Origin: Octopus bimaculoides
Lineage: Eukaryota
DNA length: 62,497 bases
Assembly: GCF_001194135.2 (NCBI RefSeq)
Contig: NC_068997.1
Coordinates: 8,469,378-8,531,874 of the forward strand
Direction: 5' to 3'
Shown here: positions 50,036 through 62,265 of the stretch, in pieces
Numbering within the stretch: the stretch's first letter is position 1
Layout of the letters: each line of letters opens with the position of its first letter
Translations under genes and position numbers: made by a program
Notes under the pieces: generated by a model
Told to the model about the DNA's origin: nothing
Database searches by the model: none
What the model saw: only the letters and a program-made list of their open reading frames with translations

Positions 50036-51547
50036 TCCTCCTCTTCATCATCATCACCATCACCACCACCCCCGCCCCTGTCCCCGCTGCCACCACCACC
50101 ACCACCACCACCACCATCTCCATCATGATCATCCTCGTTAGCCTCATCACCACCAAAACTACAACCTTCNNNNNNNNNNNNNNNNNNNNNNNNNNNNNNN
50201 NNNNNNNNNNNNNNNNNNNNNNNNNNNNNNNNNNNNNNNNNNNNNNNNNNNNNNNNNNNNNNNNNNNNNNNNNNNNNNNNNNNNNNNNNNNNNNNNNNNN
50301 NNNNNNNNNNNNNNNNNNNNNNNNNNNNNNNNNNNNNNNNNNNNNNNNNNNNNNNNNNNNNNNNNNNNNNNNNNNNNNNNNNNNNNNNNNNNNNNNNNNN
50401 NNNNNNNNNNNNNNNNNNNNNNNNNNNNNNNNNNNNNNNNNNNNNNNNNNNNNNNNNNNNNNNNNNNNNNNNNNNNNNNNNNNNNNNNNNNNNNNNNNNN
50501 NNNNNNNNNNNNNNNNNNNNNNNNNNNNNNNNNNNNNNNNNNNNNNNNNNNNNNNNNNNNNNNNNNNNNNNNNNNNNNNNNNNNNNNNNNNNNNNNNNNN
50601 NNNNNNNNNNNNNNNNNNNNNNNNNNNNNNNNNNNNNNNNNNNNNNNNNNNNNNNNNNNNNNNNNNNNNNNNNNNNNNNNNNNNNNNNNNNNNNNNNNNN
50701 NNNNNNNNNNNNNNNNNNNNNNNNNNNNNNNNNNNNNNNNNNNNNNNNNNNNNNNNNNNNNNNNNNNNNNNNNNNNNNNACCACCACCACCACCACTACC
50801 ACCACCACCACCACCAGCACCATCACCACCACACATCATCATCATCAACATCAGCATTGTTGTCATGGGTTGGTGGGTCATTGTCGTTGTCTTCCTTCTC
50901 CTCCCCCCCCCATCATCATCATCATTACCGTCGTCAGCATCATCATCATCAGCAGCAGTGTCATCACAGTCATAAGTACCACAACCACTCCTCTTCCCCC
51001 ACCGACCCCACTGCCATTACCATTGTCCCCGGTTGGCCAATAAATCATCCTTTACTTTTTTCTTTCTTTTATTCCTGATATACAAAACAACAAAAACACT
51101 TCATGTTAAACTATTCAGAGTCACTTCATCAATGTTCAGTTATGCTTTTGTTGTTGTTATTTATGTTGTATATTTTTTTTATTCAGATTTTCGTTCTTTT
51201 TTATAATTAGTAAATATATTTTGTTTGTATTTGCTTTATTAACTTTTTTTTCTTCTTTTTCTTGTTTAACCAAATTGATTTCTTTTATTCATTTATTGTT
51301 CTTTGGTCTACATTGTTCTTGGGTTGTTGTTTTTTTTGCCAAAATAACACTGCTACTTTAGATAATGCACAACATCGACTTACAGTTATTGCTGCAAAGT
51401 AACACACCATGAATGGTAAATGTTTTGTGTGTGTGTATGGATGTGTAGACATTATATACTGCATTATATATACAGTATATACATGCATATATCATCAGCA
51501 TCAGCATCATCAGCATCGTCCTCTTTTAATGTCCATTTTCTATATAG

Positions 51548-52025
51548 GTGCGGGAGTGGCTGTGAGGTAAGTAGCTTGCTTACTAACCACATGGTTCCAG
51601 GTTCAGTTCCACTGTGTGGCACCTTGGGCAAGTGTCTTCTACTATAGCCTCAGGCCAACCAAAGCCTTGTGAGTGGATTTGGTAGATGGAAACTGAAAGA
51701 AGCTCGTCGTATATATATNNNNNNNNNNNNNNNNNNNNNNNNNNNNNNNNNNNNNNNNNNNNNNNNNNNNNNNNNNNNNNNNNNNNNTATATATATATAT
51801 ATATATGTGTGTGTGTATTTGTATGTGTTTGTATGTGTATGTTTGTCCCCCCACCACCACCAACTGATGCTGGTGTGTTCATGTCTCCGTAACTTAGCGG
51901 TTCGGCAAAAGGGACTGATAGAATAAGTACTAGGCTTACAAAGAATAAGTCCTGGGGTCGATTTGCTTGACTAGAGGCAGTGCTCCAACATGGCCACAGT
52001 CAAATGACTGAAACAAGTAAAAGAA
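51548..52025 (+). mobile_element. SINE family B, full length (head, internal (TA)n(TG)n containing a gap, 3' half)
   Basis: Continuous from GGTGCGGGAGTGGCTGTGAGGTAAGTAGCTTGC to CAAATGACTGAAACAAGTAAAAGAATAAAA. Confidence 0.9.
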
Positions 52026-52290
52026 TAAAAATATATATCATCATCATCATCATTTTCCTGTTCACTTTTCCATACTTGCATGGGTCAGACAGAGATATAT
52101 AGAGGCAGATTTATTTCACTGGTGGATGCCTTACCTGTTACCAACCCTCCCCTGTTCCTAAGCAAATTACTCTTCTCCCATGGTTTGACATGCTCTTGCA
52201 ATATATTGGAAATGAATGAGACAGCTTGTATGACAATGTCAATCACTTACAGCTATCACAAGATGTCAAGCCAAAGACACACATACACAC
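52026..52290 (-). mobile_element. Divergent (GAT)n-tailed retroposon, RTE-tail type
   Basis: (CAT)n-TTTTCC...TTTTCCATACTTGCATGGGTCAGAC...GGATGCCTTACCT. Confidence 0.6.
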
Positions 52291-52309
52291 ACACACACAC
52301 ATACATCAG

Positions 52310-52468
52310 CACAAGTGTAACTGTGTGGTAAGAAGCTTGCTTCCTAACCAAATGGTTCTAGGTTCAATCCCACTGTGTGGCACCTTGGGCAAGTGTCTTT
52401 TACTATAGCCTTGGGCTGACCAAAGCTTCTTGAGTGGATTTGGTAGATGAAAACTGAAAGAAGCCCTT

Positions 52469-52470
<2 letters not shown>
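52310..52470 (+). mobile_element. SINE family B head
   Basis: Matches 51548-51715. Confidence 0.85.
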
Positions 52471-52509
<39 letters not shown>

Positions 52510-52653
52510 ACAATTGCAGTGTGGAAGGTGTTTATAAGCCATTTAAGAAACACACAAAAACCGTTAGATTCACTTCAACATTTAAATTTAATTTACCAAA
52601 ATATTTTCATCGCTTTGAGTGGAAGGCTGAAGGAGGAGGAGGAGGAGGAGGAG

Positions 52654-52685
<32 letters not shown>

Positions 52686-52789
52686 TTTTATTTTTATTTT
52701 TGTTGTTATTGTTGTTCTTCTTCTTATTATTATTATTATCATCATCGTCATCATTATTACTATTATTTCTGGCATGTGTTGATGAAGGG

Positions 52790-53115
52790 GTGAAGGCATG
52801 TGGCTTAGTGGTTAGGGCATTTGGCTCATGATCGTAAGGGCATGAGTTCAATTCCCAGCAGTGCTTTGTACCCTTGAGCAAGACTCTTTATTTCACATTG
52901 CTCCAGTCCACTCAACTGGCAAAAATGAGTAGTACCTGCATTTCAAAGGGCCAGCCTTGTTACATTCTGTGTCACACTGAATCTCCCTGACAACTACATT
53001 AAGTGTATGCATATCTGTGGAGTACTCAACCACTTGCAGATTAATTTCATGAACAGGCTGTTCCATTGATCAGATCAACTGGAACCCTCATCGTCATAAT
53101 CGATGAAGTGCCAGT
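52790..53115 (+). mobile_element. SINE family E (tRNA-Met-like head, Meta-domain-like core)
   Basis: GGCATGTGGCTTAGTGGTTAGGGC...CTCATGATC..GAGTTCAATTCCC, then CCTTGAGCAAGAC..TTTCACATTGCTCCAGTCCACTCA. The domain name is inference. Confidence 0.78.
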
Positions 53116-54884
53116 TTTTAAAAAGTTTTTTTTTTTACGACAGAGTGACAAGCAGAGGTGTCATGCTGGAGCTGCGTTGGTCCCTTTATCATACACTAAA
53201 GTCTTTAAACACTCGCCTAAAATTTCTTAAGTCTGCTTATAACAATCTTAGTTACTTTCATTAGCTCTGGTGTCAACAACCTAAGTACCAGCTATGTACT
53301 GAGGGAAGGGGTTTCAATTCAATCAACTCTAACCCTTCCCTGTAAATATGTGGTTTCCATACCAGTGGAAAGAAAAATCAATTTTCTTCAGCACTTTCCA
53401 CCAATTAAAATTAAAATTGATTAATGACTTTCAATCGGAATGTCAAACATGACACCCCACTCTCTCTCTCACTCTCACTCACTCTCTCTCTCTGTCTATC
53501 TGTCTATCTATCTATCTATCTATTTGTCACTCTCTATCTTTCCCTTCTGACTCTTGAAAATCTTGCTATATCGTGTTAAGAAGTTCACCAGAAAACTGCT
53601 AAAATATCTTGATGTTTATTTTGTTGTTGTTGCTGTTGGTGATGGTAGCAGTGGCAGTGGGGGTGGTGGTAGTGGCATTGATGGTGGTAGTGGCATTGAT
53701 GGTGGTAGTGGTATGGTGCTGCTGCTGCTGGTAAGGAAGAAAGAGTGATAGTGATGGAGGAAGTGCGGAGGTGGTAATGGTAACGGTATAATGGTGATTC
53801 GTTGTTGTTATATAATGGTGGAGGTGGGGTTGGAAAGACGATGTGGTGTGGTCATGGTCAGGTTCATGCTGTTGATGATGATGATGATGATGAGGATGAT
53901 GATGAGGATGATGAGTAGCACTTAGTTGAGAATAGCACATTACAAAGTTATAATCAAAAATGGTTTCTTGATATTAATAGAAATCTAACATCACATTTAA
54001 TATCAACACATGCCAGAAATAATAATAATAATAATGATGATGATGATGATGATGATAATAATAATAATAATTATGATAATAATAATAAGAAGAAGAACAA
54101 CAACAACAACAACAAAAATAAAAATAATAAAGATGATGAAAATGAATCAGTGATGATGATGATAATGAATCAGTGAGTCCATGACAATTATTTTGTGGGG
54201 AAGCGTTGTTTACACGAAATCTCATTTGCCTCTGATTTTAACAGAATTAGAACCTCTATTCTAATTAAATGCTTTTATTTAATATTATTATTATTTTATT
54301 TCATTTCATTTATATTCTATTTTTTTATTTTAAATTTTTACCTTATTTAGCGATTTTTTTTTTTGTTATTTTTTTTTTTCATTTGATTCAAATACCAGAG
54401 AGAAATGGCATTTAAAGACATGTACTGTCAAAGAATATTTAGAAGGCGCTATCAATTTAACCAGTTTTGTAAATCAGCAATACTTCTAGCTATCTGCGTA
54501 TGAATATTCTTTGTGGAGCTCATTTCAATGATAGAAAGGTAAAATTTCATAAGCATCTCTGCAAATACTATAAGCTATTTACATTAGGTAGACATAATAT
54601 AGTACTGAAGCGCTAGAGTAATGTGGTTGGTTTGGGTGAGAAATTTGCTCTAAATTTTATGTCACCCGAATGTCTAAATGTCTAATAGTGAATGTGAATG
54701 AGGATATATTGACTTAATTCTCTTTTAATATCACAATTAACATGCAACAAGAGAGCTTCTGCATGGTTGCTCATTCTACCTATTAGAGATATTGCAGCCA
54801 AAATCTTTCTTAAATTTTTACCATTCAGGGAAAAACATCATGAGTTCCTGTTTTTGTTGTGTTATGGTGTGGCTATGGTAGTGA

Positions 54885-55209
54885 GTGTGACTCAATACCC
54901 CTCAGAGTTATGCAGATAGAGTACAAGGTCCAAGTAGGGCCTCTCATGCTGGACAGGTCAAAGGACAGAGGCAAGACTAAAATGGACTACCACTTCCCAA
55001 GGGTAAAAGTGGACGAGCATAGGACCAAGAAGCCTACTGGCAAAAATCAGAAGCAAAGTTACAGAATCAGTGATGTTAATTCAAAACCAACGAGACCTGG
55101 CAGAGGAAGGCCTTCCCTCAGGGATGCATATGATGCAGTGCAGCAATATCTGAAGAGAGGCAGAGCTGCAAAAGGAAGGATCTGACTGGGAAAAAAAAAA
55201 AAAAAAAAA
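54885..55209 (+). mobile_element. Probable retroelement relic (resembles an RTE 5' UTR) ending in A19
   Basis: AGAGGCAAGACTAA...GAGCATAGG..CCTA...GTTACAGAA resembles my recollection of RTE 5' regions. Poly(A) lies at 55191-55209. Confidence 0.35.
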
Positions 55210-55324
55210 GGTATTTGATTACAGTAAAAAAAAAATGTCACTGGTCAATGCTCCATAGGGATCAAAGAGCTTGACCCTACCTATCTTGGAAAAAGAAGAA
55301 GACACGCAATTGTAAAGTAACCCA

Positions 55325-55600
55325 AGATCATCACCCTTTAACATCCACGTTTCATACTGACAGGGTCCAATCAGACCAAGGACTGTTTCATACTCCAGTG
55401 TCTGCTTTGCTAGATGCCTTCTTAACACCATCAACTTTAAAGAAAGTACTTGGGGTTTCTTTGTTTTTTTTTTTGTTTTTTTTTTTGAATGCCACCAACA
55501 TTAGTGAGGTAACCATGCAGCATGCAGGACTACAAAAGTCCCGGTGGAGGATGGAGGGCAGCAATTATGCAAGAACACGAGGGTATAAGGTATAGAAAGA
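55325..55600 (-). mobile_element. RTE-tail family, old copy
   Basis: TTTAACATCCACGTTTCATACTG...GCTAGATGCCTTCTTAAC. Confidence 0.6.
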
Positions 55601-56276
55601 GGGAAGGAGAAAGGGACAAGCAAATTCTTGTAGAGATACCCACTCTAAAAAGACAAGTTGGCCCTGGTTCAAATATTTTCCATCATGTTACTACTTCAGT
55701 TTGATTGACTTAAAGCTAAACAACAATAATTTGCATATCATAAAAATTATTTCATGCCTTGATTTAAGCTTCAGTTGAAATGCTTTAGGATATTTATTAA
55801 TGTCAAACGAAATTTCCTCAGGCACATACAACTAAATTCATTTCATCCTTTAACTTGTTTTTATTTATTTTCTTTTGATTTCCTTTTTAAATCTTGAATG
55901 GTTTTCATTAATTATAATTAAAACGAAGAAAGCAAAGTATTTCAAAATCAACAATGGTAATGGAGAGATCAATGTATATATGTGCAACGTGTATGAGTGT
56001 GTATATGTGTGATTGTATGCATATTTGTATGTCTGTATGAATGTAAGCATGCTGATATGTATGTGTGTATGAGTCAGTGTGGAGGTTTAGGTTATGTAAT
56101 GAGTAAAACTGGAACAATGTTCTTAAATAGCACCCACCCTATATCCCCTTACAAGAAGACCAACGCAACAACTAAAACGTAAGGCTCTATTTACCTATCA
56201 CCACTATCACACCACCATATATATTACACCCAATAATTACTTCTACATTTCGCACACCACAAACTTCGAATATACC

Positions 56277-56340
56277 CTTCAACACTCTGAAGAGATCGGC
56301 CAAACTACTGGCTGCATCGAAACGTACATAAGTGACTAAG
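56277..56340 (+). ncRNA. Minimal type I hammerhead ribozyme motif
   Basis: The order is CACT (stem I), CTGAAGA core, stem II GATCGGCC/GGCTGCATC, GAAA, loop CGTACA, TA cleavage site, AGTG (stem I'). CTT/AAG extends stem I beyond an internal loop. Confidence 0.75.
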
Positions 56341-57317
56341 ACATAATATACAAAATGACTCATTNNNNNNNNNNNNNNNNNNNNNNNNNNNNNNNNNNNN
56401 NNNNNNNNNNNNNNNNNNNNNNNNNNNNNNNNNNNNNNNNNNNNNNNNNNNNNNNNNNNNNNNNNNNNNNNNNNNNNNNNNNNNNNNNNNNNNNNNNNNN
56501 NNNNNNNNNNNNNNNNNNNNNNNNNNNNNNNNNNNNNNNNNNNNNNNNNNNNNNNNNNNNNNNNNNNNNNNNNNNNNNNNNNNNNNNNNNNNNNNNNNNN
56601 NNNNNNNNNNNNNNNNNNNNNNNNNNNNNNNNNNNNNNNNNNNNNNNNNNNNNNNNNNNNNNNNNNNNNNNNNNNNNNNNNNNNNNNNNNNNNNNNNNNN
56701 NNNNNNNNNNNNNNNNNNNNNNNNNNNNNNNNNNNNNNNNNNNNNNNNNNNNNNNNNNNNNNNNNNNNNNNNNNNNNNNNNNNNNNNNNNNNNNNNNNNN
56801 NNNNNNNNNNNNNNNNNNNNNNNNNNNNNNNNNNNNNNNNNNNNNNNNNNNNNNNNNNNNNNNNNNNNNNNNNNNNNNNNNNNNNNNNNNNNNNNNNNNN
56901 NNNNNNNNNNNNNNNNNNNNNNNNNNNNNNNNNNNNNNNNNNNNNNNNNNNNNNNNNNNNNNNNNNNNNNNNNNNNNNNNNNNNNNNNNNNNNNNNNNNN
57001 NNNNNNNNNNNNNNNNNNNNNNNNNNNNNNNNNNNNNNNNNNNNNNNNNNNNNNNNNNNNNNNNNNNNNNNNNNNNNNNNNNNNNNNNNNNNNNNNNNNN
57101 NNNNNNNNNNNNNNNNNNNNNNNNNNNNNNNNNNNNNNNNNNNNNNNNNNNNNNNNNNNNNNNNNNNNNNNNNNNNNNNNNNNNNNNNNNNNNNNNNNNN
57201 NNNNNNNNNNNNNNNNNNNNNNNNNNNNNNNNNNNNNNNNNNNNNNNNNNNNNNNNNNNNNNNNNNNNNNNNNNNNNNNNNNNNNNNNNNNNNNNNNNNN
57301 NNNNNNNNNNNATATGT

Positions 57318-57381
57318 CCTCAGTCAAATCGGCCAACCCATGCTAGCATGGAAAGCGGACGTTAAACGATGATGATGATGA

Positions 57382-57386
<5 letters not shown>
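57318..57386 (+). mobile_element. Young RTE 3' tail fragment
   Basis: TCCTCAGTCAAATCGGCCAACCCATGCTAGCATGGAAAGCGGACGTTAAAC(GAT)n. Confidence 0.88.
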
Positions 57387-57418
<32 letters not shown>

Positions 57419-57448
57419 TATATTTATATATATATTATATATACATGT

Positions 57449-57479
<31 letters not shown>

Positions 57480-57501
57480 CATGTGTTCATCTATTTATAT
57501 C

Positions 57502-57542
<41 letters not shown>

Positions 57543-57648
57543 TTTGATAGATATATCTATCAAATGGTGATGATGATGATGACATTTATATATATCCATA
57601 TATTCTTATACATGTACATGCATATATTTTTATCTATGTACATACAAC

Positions 57649-57679
<31 letters not shown>

Positions 57680-58819
57680 GGGGNNNNNNNNNNNNNGTAC
57701 GTATATGCATATATGTATATAATTTCGCCTTATACCTTCCTGCGTTGTACTCTGTATGAATGTGTGTGTGTGTGTGTATGTATGTATACATACATGCCCT
57801 CATACATACATAACATTGCAGATATACAGATGTGACAAATGTATCTTGGAATTGAAAAAAAAATGGACTGATGGTGATGATAAGTTCTTTTGGTGGTGGT
57901 GTTGACAACGACGACGAAGACGATGATGATGGTGGTGGTGGTGGTGGTCGTCGTCGTCATTGTCATCGCAATAGTGGTGATGATGATGATGGTAATGATG
58001 ATGACGACTCAAAGAAAGAGGAGGAGGATTGATTGGGTGTGGGAAGCATCTTAATGACCATGATTGTGGTGATGGTGATGGTAGCAGTAGTAGGCTCAAT
58101 ATAATGCATCAAATATCTAATATTTAATGCCATTTACCAAGAAAAGGAAAGCCAAATGAGGTACAAAATGGACATTATTTTTTAATGATATTTCTGTCAA
58201 TCTTTATAGAAAAATATGTACAAACTCCAAATGCCTAACTTCACTCTTTATATATCTATCAACATAAAGATTTTTATTTTTATTTTCCTGTTTCCTATCC
58301 ATTTTTAGATACTTCTATGTGACAAATCAGTTCTGTCAGAGCAATTATTTTTTTTACAGCTGGATGCCCTTCCTACCAATAAACTACTCCACAATGAAAT
58401 AGAAATAGCAGTTAAATAAACTTGATGAAATACAGTGATGCAAAATAATTTTATTTATTTATTTATTTATTTGGAATAGTGGATCTCAAAGCAGATGATA
58501 AAGCTATATATAATAACATGCAAATATTGGAACCAAAAAAAAAAAAAAAGGTTAAAAACAGCCCAAATGACTTGGATCCACATCACCTATATCCATGATA
58601 GATGTTCTACCATTGTACAAAAGCAATCCTTGAAATTTCTCTATTCATTTTAGAAACTTTATTCTTACCAGCAAGAATCATATTTTGTTGACATCATAAG
58701 AATTTTATAAACTATCAAGAGAATAAGAAATAATTCTATTTTTCGCTTTGAGAAATAATTCTATCTTTTTTGTTTTGGAACAGTGAATCTTGAAGTACAT
58801 AAAGCTATATATAGCAGAA

Positions 58820-58915
58820 TCTTCTATCTTTTACTTGTTTCAGACTATGGCTATGGTGGGACACCACCTTGAAGAATTTTTTTAGTTAAATGAATTGACG
58901 CCAGTATGAAGATAG
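58820..58915 (-). mobile_element. SINE family B 3' end fragment
   Basis: CTTTTACTTGTTTCAG..GGCTATGGTGGGACACCACCTTGAAG. Confidence 0.65.
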
Positions 58916-59093
58916 TTGGTTCTGCTAGGACCCTATGGAAGAGGTCCTTGAGGACTCTACCCCAACAAACCTCCCATGAATAGGAGGCAGAGAAAATGGA
59001 CAGAGAGATGTACAGAATCACAATTAAATATCACAAAATGTTCTTTTTCTAATGTTCCATCAATTCTGCCATCCTCAACTACATTCAACTAGA

Positions 59094-59321
59094 TTAACAC
59101 TTTAGCATTCAAACAGGTCAAATCCAGGCAAAATATTTAACCTGTTTCAAGTTGAAACTGGCCAGATCCAGCCTTCTACACTTACCCTACAATGTCATTC
59201 TAAAACCAAACAATCACATCATCAAAATTTCAAATCTATGAGATAATGCAAGATTAATTTAAAACAATATAAATAAACAAATATTGCATTTGACAGAATC
59301 ATCTGAATGCTAAACAATTAA
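59094..59321. mobile_element. piggyBac-type MITE (family G), 228 bp
   Basis: The ends are TTAACACTTTAGCATTCA and TGAATGCTAAACAATTAA: TTAA at both ends and an imperfect TIR. The body is homologous to 17330-17546. Confidence 0.75.
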
Positions 59322-59534
59322 AAGGTTTCCTTTATTTAGTTCCAAAAGCTCAATACTTTCACTTCAAATCTTGCTGGGGTTGACTTTATTTTTTGCCCAT
59401 CCCCCCACCAGAATTAATAAAATAAGAACAAGTCATGTACTAAAGCCAGTTCAATCAGCCATACCCTTCCTTCATAATTTTGTGGCTCCATGCTTAATAT
59501 AAGAAATCAATATTTCAGCCCCCTTGCCCTAATT

Positions 59535-59785
59535 GGCTCCTGTACCGGTGGCACGCAAAAAGCACCATCCAAGAGTGACCAATGCCAGTACCGCCTGACT
59601 GGCCCTCGTGCCAGTAGCACATAAAAAGCACTCTCGAAGTGGTTGGTGTTAGGAAGGGCATCCAGCTGTAGAAACATTGCCAGATCAGATTGGAGTCTTG
59701 TGCGTCCTCCTGGCTTGCCAGTCTCCAGTCAAACTGTCCAACCCATGCCAGCATGGAAAATGGAAGTTAAACGATGATGATGATT
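59535..59785 (+). mobile_element. RTE 3' UTR copy with (GAT)n tail
   Basis: TAGGAAGGGCATCCAGCTGTAGAAAC...CAACCCATGCCAGCATGGAAAA..TTAAACGATGATG. Confidence 0.85.
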
Positions 59786-60927
59786 TATCCAGATATTGTT
59801 AAGTACTAATTTGAAATGTAGTAGCGGAGGGAGCAGGAGTAAGAGGGACATGGGTTGCAAGGGGTAGTGAAGGGTGTGGGGGAGAGGGGTGAGGGGATGG
59901 GGAAGCAAGGTGGAGAAGAGTAAGGGTGAAGAGGAGGAGGCAAGGACCTAGGGGTCAAGAGAACAATGAGACAAAGTGGTGAGGAGAGGATGGGGAGGCG
60001 AGAGGACAATCCATCCTGGGCAACACTCTTTGGGGGATNNNNNNNNNNNNNNNNNNNNNNNNNNNNNNNNNNNNNNNNNNNNNNNNNNNNNNNNNNNNNN
60101 NNNNNNNNNNNNNNNNNNNNNNNNNNNNNNNNNNNNNNNNNNNNNNNNNNNNNNNNNNNNNNNNNNNNNNNNNNNNNNNNNNNNNNNNNNNNNNNNNNNN
60201 NNNNNNNNNNNNNNNNNNNNNNNNNNNNNNNNNNNNNNNNNNNNNNNNNNNNNNNNNNNNNNNNNNNNNNNNNNNNNNNNNNNNNNNNNNNNNNNNNNNN
60301 NNNNNNNNNNNNNNNNNNNNNNNNNNNNNNNNNNNNNNNNNNNNNNNNNNNNNNNNNNNNNNNNNNNNNNNNNNNNNNNNNNNNNNNNNNNNNNNNNNNN
60401 NNNNNNNNNNNNNNNNNNNNNNNNNNNNNNNNNNNNNNNNNNNNNNNNNNNNNNNNNNNNNNNNNNNNNNNNNNNNNNNNNNNNNNNNNNNNNNNNNNNN
60501 NNNNNNNNNNNNNNNNNNNNNNNNNNNNNNNNNNNNNNNNNNNNNNNNNNNNNNNNNNNNNNNNNNNNNNNNNNNNNNNNNNNNNNNNNNNNNNNNNNNN
60601 NNNNNNNNNNNNNNNNNNNNNNNNNNNNNNNNNNNNNNNNNNNNNNNNNNNNNNNNNNNNNNNNNNNNNNNNNNNNNNNNNNNNNNNNNNNNNNNNNNNN
60701 NNNNNNNNNNNNNNNNNNNNNNNNNNNNNNNNNNNNNNNNNNNNNNNNNNNNNNNNNNNNNNNNNNNNNNNNNNNNNNNNNNNNNNNNNNNNNNNNNNNN
60801 NNNNNNNNNNNNNNNNNNNNNNNNNNNNNNNNNNNNNNNNNNNNNNNNNNNNNNNNNNNNNNNNNNNNNNNNNNNNNNNNNNNNNNNNNNNNNNNNNNNN
60901 NNNNNNNNNNNNNNNNNNNNNNNNNNN

Positions 60928-61135
60928 TGTCCCCCCCACCATCGCTTGACAACCGATGCTGGTGTGTTTATGTCCTCATAACTTAGCAGTTTGGCAAAAG
61001 AGACCAATAGAATAAGTACTAGGCTTACAAAGAATAAGTCCTGGGGGGTGATTTGCTCGACTAAAAGGTGGTGTTCCAGCATGGCCACAGTCAAATGACT
61101 GAAACAAGTAAACGAGTAAAAAGAGTAAAGAGTAT
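60928..61135 (+). mobile_element. SINE family B 3' half, young copy
   Basis: Matches 51840-52025. Confidence 0.88.
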
Positions 61136-61209
61136 ATTGAAAGAAAAAAACAAAAGGTAGTTTGTATCTTCTCAAATATTCAAGTTTGTTTCTTTTTGCT
61201 CCTCTTCCT

Positions 61210-61495
61210 GTTGGTGTTGGTAGTAGTGGTGGTGGCAGTGGCAGTGGTGGTGGTAGTGGTAGTGGTGATGGTGATAGTGGTGGTGCTGGTGGCAGTGGCA
61301 GTTGTAGTGGTGGTAGTGGTGGTTGCTGATGTTGCATTTTGCAGTTGTTAGCTGTGATGGCAGTGGTGGTTATGCTGTTGTTGGTGTTGGTGTTGTTGTG
61401 GTTGTTGTTGCTGGCAGTTTTGGTGGTGGTGGTGATGATGATGGTGATGGTGGCCTTGTTGCTAATGTTGTTGTTGCTACAATTGCTGTTGCTCT
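61210..61495. repeat. GGT/GTT trinucleotide low-complexity tract
   Basis: Direct reading. Confidence 0.9.
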
Positions 61496-61539
61496 TGTTA
61501 TTTCTCAAATAGCAATGAATATAAAGTAGTTTAAAAACG

Positions 61540-61541
61540 GA

Positions 61542-61604
<63 letters not shown>

Positions 61605-61715
61605 GAAGGAAGAAAGAAAGGAAGGAAGAAAGAAAGAAAGGAAGAAAAAAAGAAAGAAAGAAAGGAAGAAAGAAAGAAAGAAAGGAAGGAAGAAAGAAAG
61701 AAAGAAAGAAAGAAA
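61540..61715. repeat. (GAAA)n microsatellite
   Basis: Direct reading. Confidence 0.95.
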
Positions 61716-62089
61716 ACAACTTCATAAACAAAATCAATGTTTTGAATAAATAAATTTTTGAAATAGGTTTTAATTCCTCCAAAAGCAAAACAAAACAAAA
61801 GAATCGGTAAGCAAATTCTGTGTAATTTATCTAAAAATTATGAAACTGTTTCAATCAGTAAATCTTAAAACTCTGGGGAAATTTCACTCCAGGGAGAAAA
61901 TTGCAAGTCCCAAGGGAAATTTGGGATTCCAGTGGGAGAATTATTTTTAGATTGGAAAATTCTTTATCCTTCTTCACAGTTTTTTCATTAGATTTATTTT
62001 CCTCAATGCCAGTTTTAAGGATGCTTGTGTTAAATTTGATATAAACTGCTAATGTTCTGCCATAAATTGTGTTATATACAATGACATTG

Positions 62090-62250
62090 ATGTGGCTGTG
62101 TGGCAAGAAGCTTGCTTCATGACCACATGGTTCCGGGTTCAGTCCCACTGCGTGGCACCTTGGGCAAGTGTATTCTACTATAGCCTTGGGCTAACCAAAG
62201 CATTGTGACTGGATTTGGTAGAGAGAAACTGAAAGAAACTTATTGTATGT
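62090..62250 (+). mobile_element. SINE family B head
   Basis: GTGGCTGTGTGGCAAGAAGCTTGCTT...GGTTCAGTCCCACTGCGTGGCACCTTGGGCAAGT. Confidence 0.88.
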
Positions 62251-62265
62251 ATGTATACATATATA

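Noticed and set aside
55150-55180. CTGAAGA followed by a GCAG/CTGC stem and AAAA, as a possible hammerhead.
   Set aside because: The stem II loop is only 2 nt, three bases are unpaired after the core, there is no GAAA, and there is no stem I partner.
1719-61798. Long ORFs in the supplied track (poly-I, poly-N, poly-H, CV/YI repeats, X runs).
   Set aside because: They are translations of microsatellites or N gaps, often open on both strands, with no domain content.
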